Origin: Thermoanaerobaculum aquaticum | Lineage (GTDB): Bacteria > Acidobacteriota > UBA4820 | Length of the DNA: 53,540 nucleotides | Assembly: GCA_020722885.1 (NCBI GenBank) | Contig: DYJZ01000003.1 | Location: 1 to 53,540, forward strand | Direction of reading: 5' to 3' | Part shown: positions 49,863 to 53,540 of the stretch, piece after piece | Position numbering within the stretch: position 1 is the first letter of the stretch | Layout: every line of letters starts with the position of its first letter | Translations under genes and position numbers: made by a program | The notes under the pieces: generated by a model | Databases searched by the model: none | What the model saw: only the letters and a program-made list of their open reading frames with translations | Told to the model about the DNA's origin: nothing

Positions 49863-50593
49863 TTTAATCCTCCCCTGACAATTGAACCAGTCCTGTATCC
49901 CTTAAGTTCTTGAGCAAGGTTTCCTTTTTTGAAAAAATTAAAAATGTGAAGAGTGAGATTTGCATCTTTTGCAAGCGCAATTGCCGTCTGATCCATAATG
50001 TTTAGATTTTTAGAAATTGCCTCGTCATATGTTAGAACCTCATACTTTTTTGCGCTTCTGTCCTTCATTGGATCCTTTGTGTAAACCCCATCAACTTTTG
50101 TTGCCTTGAAAAAGGCGTCTGCCTGAATTTCAATTGCCCTCAAAACGCCGGTCGTGTCCGTTGTAAAAAACGGATGCCCTGTTCCTCCTGTGAAAATAAC
50201 AACCCTTTTTTCTTTCAACATCCCCTCTGCTTTTTGATGAGTATATCCTTCAGCAAAGGGAGTTATATCAAAAGAGTTTAGAACATCAGCTTCAATTCCC
50301 CTTCTTATCAAGCCATCTTTTAACGCAAGCCCGTTAATAACGGTAGCCAACATTCCCATATTGTCGCCGGTTTTTTTCTCAATTGAAAATTCCTTGCTAC
50401 TTATTCCGCGGAAAATGTTTCCGCCCCCTATCACAACCGCCAGTTCAGGAACAACTTCTTTTGCTAAAATAAGTTCATCAACCACATATTTTAGGAAAGT
50501 AGTCGTAATTCCGTATCCTGCCTCTCCCGATAAAGATTCCCCAGAAAGTTTAACCAGAACACGTCTGAATTTTCCAGACCTATTGGTTTTCAT
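49859..50593 (-). CDS. pyrH: UMP kinase
   Basis: KLSGE, GGGNIFRG, GMLATVIN, PFFTTD and TKVDGVY motifs. Confidence 0.97.
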   Translation of the reverse strand: MKTNRSGKFRRVLVKLSGESLSGEAGYGITTTFLKYVVDELILAKEVVPELAVVIGGGNIFRGISSKEFSIEKKTGDNMGMLATVINGLALKDGLIRRGIEADVLNSFDITPFAEGYTHQKAEGMLKEKRVVIFTGGTGHPFFTTDTTGVLRAIEIQADAFFKATKVDGVYTKDPMKDRSAKKYEVLTYDEAISKNLNIMDQTAIALAKDANLTLHIFNFFKKGNLAQELKGYRTGSIVRGGLK

Positions 50594-51465
50594 CAGCCGC
50601 CTTGTGGGGAAGAACTTTCACCCACCTGAAATCTCTTGAATGAAATAACTTCAAATGACTCTGAAACAATTGAAGATATGTACTTTGAAACTTTGATTGC
50701 AGGGTCTTTAATGAATGGCTGTTCTAAAAAACAAACTTCTTCATAGAACTTTCCCATTTTGCCTTCCACTATTTTGTCAACAATGTTAGCTGGTTTACCC
50801 TGAGCAAGAATCTGCTCTCTATAAATTTCTTTTTCTGATTCAATCACATCACTGCTGACATCTTTTGGAGTGATAAATCTGGGAGATGAAGCAACAACCT
50901 GCATGCATAAATCTTTGCAAAGTTCTTTTACCTTGTCCTGTACTGACGAAACTTTTACGGAAAGAATAACACCAACTTTTCCACCAGCGTGAATATAACT
51001 TGAAACATAGTCTCCTTCAATTCTTTCAAACCTTTTCAGCTGTATATTTTCGCCTATCTTTCCGATCACACCAAGAATTCTGTCCTTTACTTTCAAAGAA
51101 GGATCAACAGAAGATTTTTCCTCAAGTAATTCGGCAACACTCTTTGCTGGCGATGAGAGAAGTTTTATTCCAATTTCATTAAGAAGATTTTTGAAATCGT
51201 CTGTCTTTGCAACAAAATCGGTTTCACAATTAAGTTCAACTATGACACCTTTCTTGAAATCGGGAGATATGAAAGAGGCAATCTGACCTTCATTGGCACT
51301 TTTTTCAGCTCTCTTCTCTGCAGTCGCCATTCCCTTTTTTCTTAAAAGTTTTATGGCTTCTTCCATATCGCCTTTAGCTTCTTCTAATGCTCTTTTGCAA
51401 TCCATCATTCCTACGCCAGTTTTTTCCCTCAGTTCCTGAACCAATTTAGATGTAATCTGCGCCAT
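50593..51465 (-). CDS. tsf: Elongation factor Ts
   Basis: LREKTGVGMMDCK and ELNCETDFVAK motifs. Confidence 0.97.
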   Translation of the reverse strand: MAQITSKLVQELREKTGVGMMDCKRALEEAKGDMEEAIKLLRKKGMATAEKRAEKSANEGQIASFISPDFKKGVIVELNCETDFVAKTDDFKNLLNEIGIKLLSSPAKSVAELLEEKSSVDPSLKVKDRILGVIGKIGENIQLKRFERIEGDYVSSYIHAGGKVGVILSVKVSSVQDKVKELCKDLCMQVVASSPRFITPKDVSSDVIESEKEIYREQILAQGKPANIVDKIVEGKMGKFYEEVCFLEQPFIKDPAIKVSKYISSIVSESFEVISFKRFQVGESSSPQGG

Positions 51466-51474
51466 TTTTAACTC

Positions 51475-52290
51475 CTATTCAGAAACGGTGTTCTCTTTCT
51501 CACCTTTGTTTGTTTTTTCCCCGAAACTTTCTCTGTATTTCTGTTCTTCGGACTCAATTCTCTCAGCCAGAGCGTCCTTTTCTGTCTCTTCAATCTTTCT
51601 CGATTCTCTCATATCAAGCCCTTCCTGAACCGCTTCGGCAATTTTTGAGGTGAAAAGCTGAATTGATCTTACTGCATCGTCGTTCCCGGGTATCGGGAAA
51701 TCAACGGCATCAGGGTCGCAGTTTGTATCAACCATTGCAACAACCGGAATGGAAAGTTTTCTCGCTTCTGCTATGCAGTTTTTCTCCTCTTTTATATCAA
51801 CAACAAAAAGGGCAGATGGGATTTCCGTCATCTCTCTTATGCCGCCAAACATCGTTTGAAGCTTCTCTCGCTCTTTTACCAGAAGTTGTTTTTCTTTTTT
51901 TGTCAAATTCTGGAATTTTGGGTCTGTGTCAAGCCTGTCAAGATCTTTCAGTCTTTCAATTCTGCTTCTTATCGTCCCAAAATTTGTAAGCATTCCTCCA
52001 ACCCATCTTTCAAGGACATAGGGCATATTGACTTTTTCTGCTGCTGCCTGAATTACGGGTTGCGCCTGTCTTTTTGTACCAACAAAAAGAACAGTTCCTC
52101 CTGCCATAACGGTGTCGGAGATAAACTGATCCGCTTTCTTGTACTCTCTCAATGTGTGCTGAAGGTCAACAATGTGGATCCCATTTCTTACTCCAAAAAT
52201 GTACTTTTTCATTTTTGGGTTCCACTTCCTTGTTACATGACCGAAGTGGACTCCCGCTTCCAGAAGTTCTTTCATACTGATTGTGGCCAA
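51475..52290 (-). CDS. rpsB: 30S ribosomal protein S2
   Basis: LLEAGVHFGH, WNPKM and IPGNDDA motifs. TTG start. Confidence 0.97.
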   Translation of the reverse strand: MATISMKELLEAGVHFGHVTRKWNPKMKKYIFGVRNGIHIVDLQHTLREYKKADQFISDTVMAGGTVLFVGTKRQAQPVIQAAAEKVNMPYVLERWVGGMLTNFGTIRSRIERLKDLDRLDTDPKFQNLTKKEKQLLVKEREKLQTMFGGIREMTEIPSALFVVDIKEEKNCIAEARKLSIPVVAMVDTNCDPDAVDFPIPGNDDAVRSIQLFTSKIAEAVQEGLDMRESRKIEETEKDALAERIESEEQKYRESFGEKTNKGEKENTVSE

Positions 52291-52400
52291 TTAATCCTCC
52301 TTTTACTCAGCCGCCGTAAAGCGGTCAGCGCAACGCCGAGAAAGCCATTCCGGCTTCCTTACCCGATTTTCTAACACGGCGGGAAAATAGTCATATCTCT
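52291..52400 (-). promoter_or_regulatory. Structured rpsB leader (candidate S2 autoregulatory RNA)
   Basis: GC-rich hairpins GAAGCC/GGCTTT and CCGC/GCGG directly before the AGGAGG RBS. Confidence 0.45.
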
Positions 52401-52427
52401 TCTTTAGAACGCTCTCAGGCTTGAAGA

Positions 52428-52823
52428 TTAACGCTTGCTGAACTGGAAGCGTTTTCTTGCCTTTGGGCGTCCGGGCTTCTTTCTCTCAACTTCTCTGGCG
52501 TCTCTGGTTAAGAGACCGTGAGCACGAAGTTTGCTTTTTAGTTCCGGATCGCAAGAAAGCAGTGCTCTTGCAATTCCGTGCCTGACTGCTCCTGCCTGAC
52601 CTGACAAACCTCCACCTTTAACATTGACTTTTATGTCAAATTTATCTTTTGTCTGTGTAACATTAAGAGGAATTTCAATAATCATTCTGTGGACAGGATT
52701 TGGAAAATATTCCTCAAATTTCCTTTTGTTGATTGTTATCGTTCCGCTTCCACTTTTTAATATTACCCTTGCAACCGCGGTTTTTCTTTTTCCTGTTCCC
52801 TGATTTACAACATTTTGCTCCAT
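52428..52823 (-). CDS. rpsI: 30S ribosomal protein S9
   Basis: [17 protein letters not shown] and QFSKR motifs. Confidence 0.97.
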   Translation of the reverse strand: MEQNVVNQGTGKRKTAVARVILKSGSGTITINKRKFEEYFPNPVHRMIIEIPLNVTQTKDKFDIKVNVKGGGLSGQAGAVRHGIARALLSCDPELKSKLRAHGLLTRDAREVERKKPGRPKARKRFQFSKR

Positions 52824-53278
52824 TACTTAACTCCTCTCTTTGTCTCATGAATCGGAAAAGGCGCGGGCTGTTGAGCCTCGTGAGGATGTTTCGGTCCCGA
52901 ATAAACTTTTAGTTTAGTTATCAGTCTATCGCCAATTTTTGTCTTTGGAAGCATTCCCCTTACCGCTACTTCAATTAGAGATGTGGGGCTTTTCTTAAGA
53001 AGGTCTTTTGCAGCCATCTCCCTCAAGCCTCCCGGATACATTGTATGATGTCTGTAAATTTTATCATCCCATTTCTTGCCAGTAAGAGAAACTTTTTCGG
53101 CATTTACGACAATGACAAAATCACCGCATTCGGTGTGAGGTGTAAAAATAGGTTTGTGCTTTCCCATCAAAACTTTTGCTATCTGCGTTGCTAGCCTTCC
53201 GAGCGTTTGCCCTTCTGCATCCACCAGATACCATTTTCTAACCACTTCGCCTTTTTTGGCAAAACAAGTCTCAGACAT
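52823..53278 (-). CDS. rplM: 50S ribosomal protein L13
   Basis: [22 protein letters not shown] and HPHEAQQP motifs. Confidence 0.97.
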   Translation of the reverse strand: MSETCFAKKGEVVRKWYLVDAEGQTLGRLATQIAKVLMGKHKPIFTPHTECGDFVIVVNAEKVSLTGKKWDDKIYRHHTMYPGGLREMAAKDLLKKSPTSLIEVAVRGMLPKTKIGDRLITKLKVYSGPKHPHEAQQPAPFPIHETKRGVK

Positions 53279-53372
53279 TATGAACTCCTTAAAAAAGCAT
53301 TACACCTTTGAAAAGGTGAATGGGTATTTTAATATATTAACTCATTATTGTCAATAGGTTTTGCCCCTTTTG

Positions 53373-53540
53373 TGTCAAGACTATTTAGAAATGTCCCCTA
53401 AATTAACTAACTAAAAATGTCCTGTTACAAGTTTAATTAGTAGAGGCTGTGGAAATTGTGGACAATTCGTCAATTTCCTCAGCCATTGCGTTTTTTCCTG
53501 AAAGGGGGAATTTTCGTTGAAAGGAAGAATAGGAACGAGC
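53373..53540 (+). mobile_element. End of an IS481/IS1202(ISNCY)-like element or MITE running out of the window
   Basis: TGTCAAGACTATTTAGAAATGTCC with a second AAAATGTCC about 25 nt further on. Hairpin GGCTGTGGAAATTG/CAATTTCCTCAGCC at 53445-53484. Confidence 0.6.

Noticed and set aside
51856-52374. Long antisense ORFs (also 43290-43844, 38921-39406, 36341-37231)
   Set aside because: They are shadows of well-supported genes on the opposite strand.
53445-53484. DnaA boxes / oriC
   Set aside because: A single mismatched box inside an IS-type hairpin, with no box cluster or dnaA.

Overview
AT-rich bacterial chromosome segment. Gene content and order suggest an anaerobic, Acidobacteriota-like lineage (inference only). 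The backbone is housekeeping: rsmE-accB-accC-thiE, scpA, methylmalonyl-CoA mutase, ackA-pta-thiD, hrcA-grpE-dnaK-dnaJ-cpoB, nrdR, panBCD, queDEC, a fumarase pair, ispDF and frr-pyrH-tsf-rpsB-rpsI-rplM. A family of non-coding repeats is layered on top. REP-like GTCATTGCGAG...GAAGCAATCTT units sit inside TGTCAA...TTGACA IS-like ends, which in turn sit inside CACATCTGTCC...GGACAGCAGTG IS4-like ends. No transposase is present in the window. Two visibly GC-richer islands each lie between a + and a - oriented repeat cluster. The first (about 10.2-13.0 kb) looks archaeal (DPANN-like): a transaldolase and a TA-like gene pair with BRE/TATA and GGTGA signals, fused in-frame to an ankyrin gene. The second (about 36.1-39.5 kb) is a PepSY plus two-component module. 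Several proteins look like pseudo-enzymes: an MDH with catalytic His>Arg, a histidine kinase with His>Tyr and a J-domain with HPD>NPD. Three backbone genes are interrupted.
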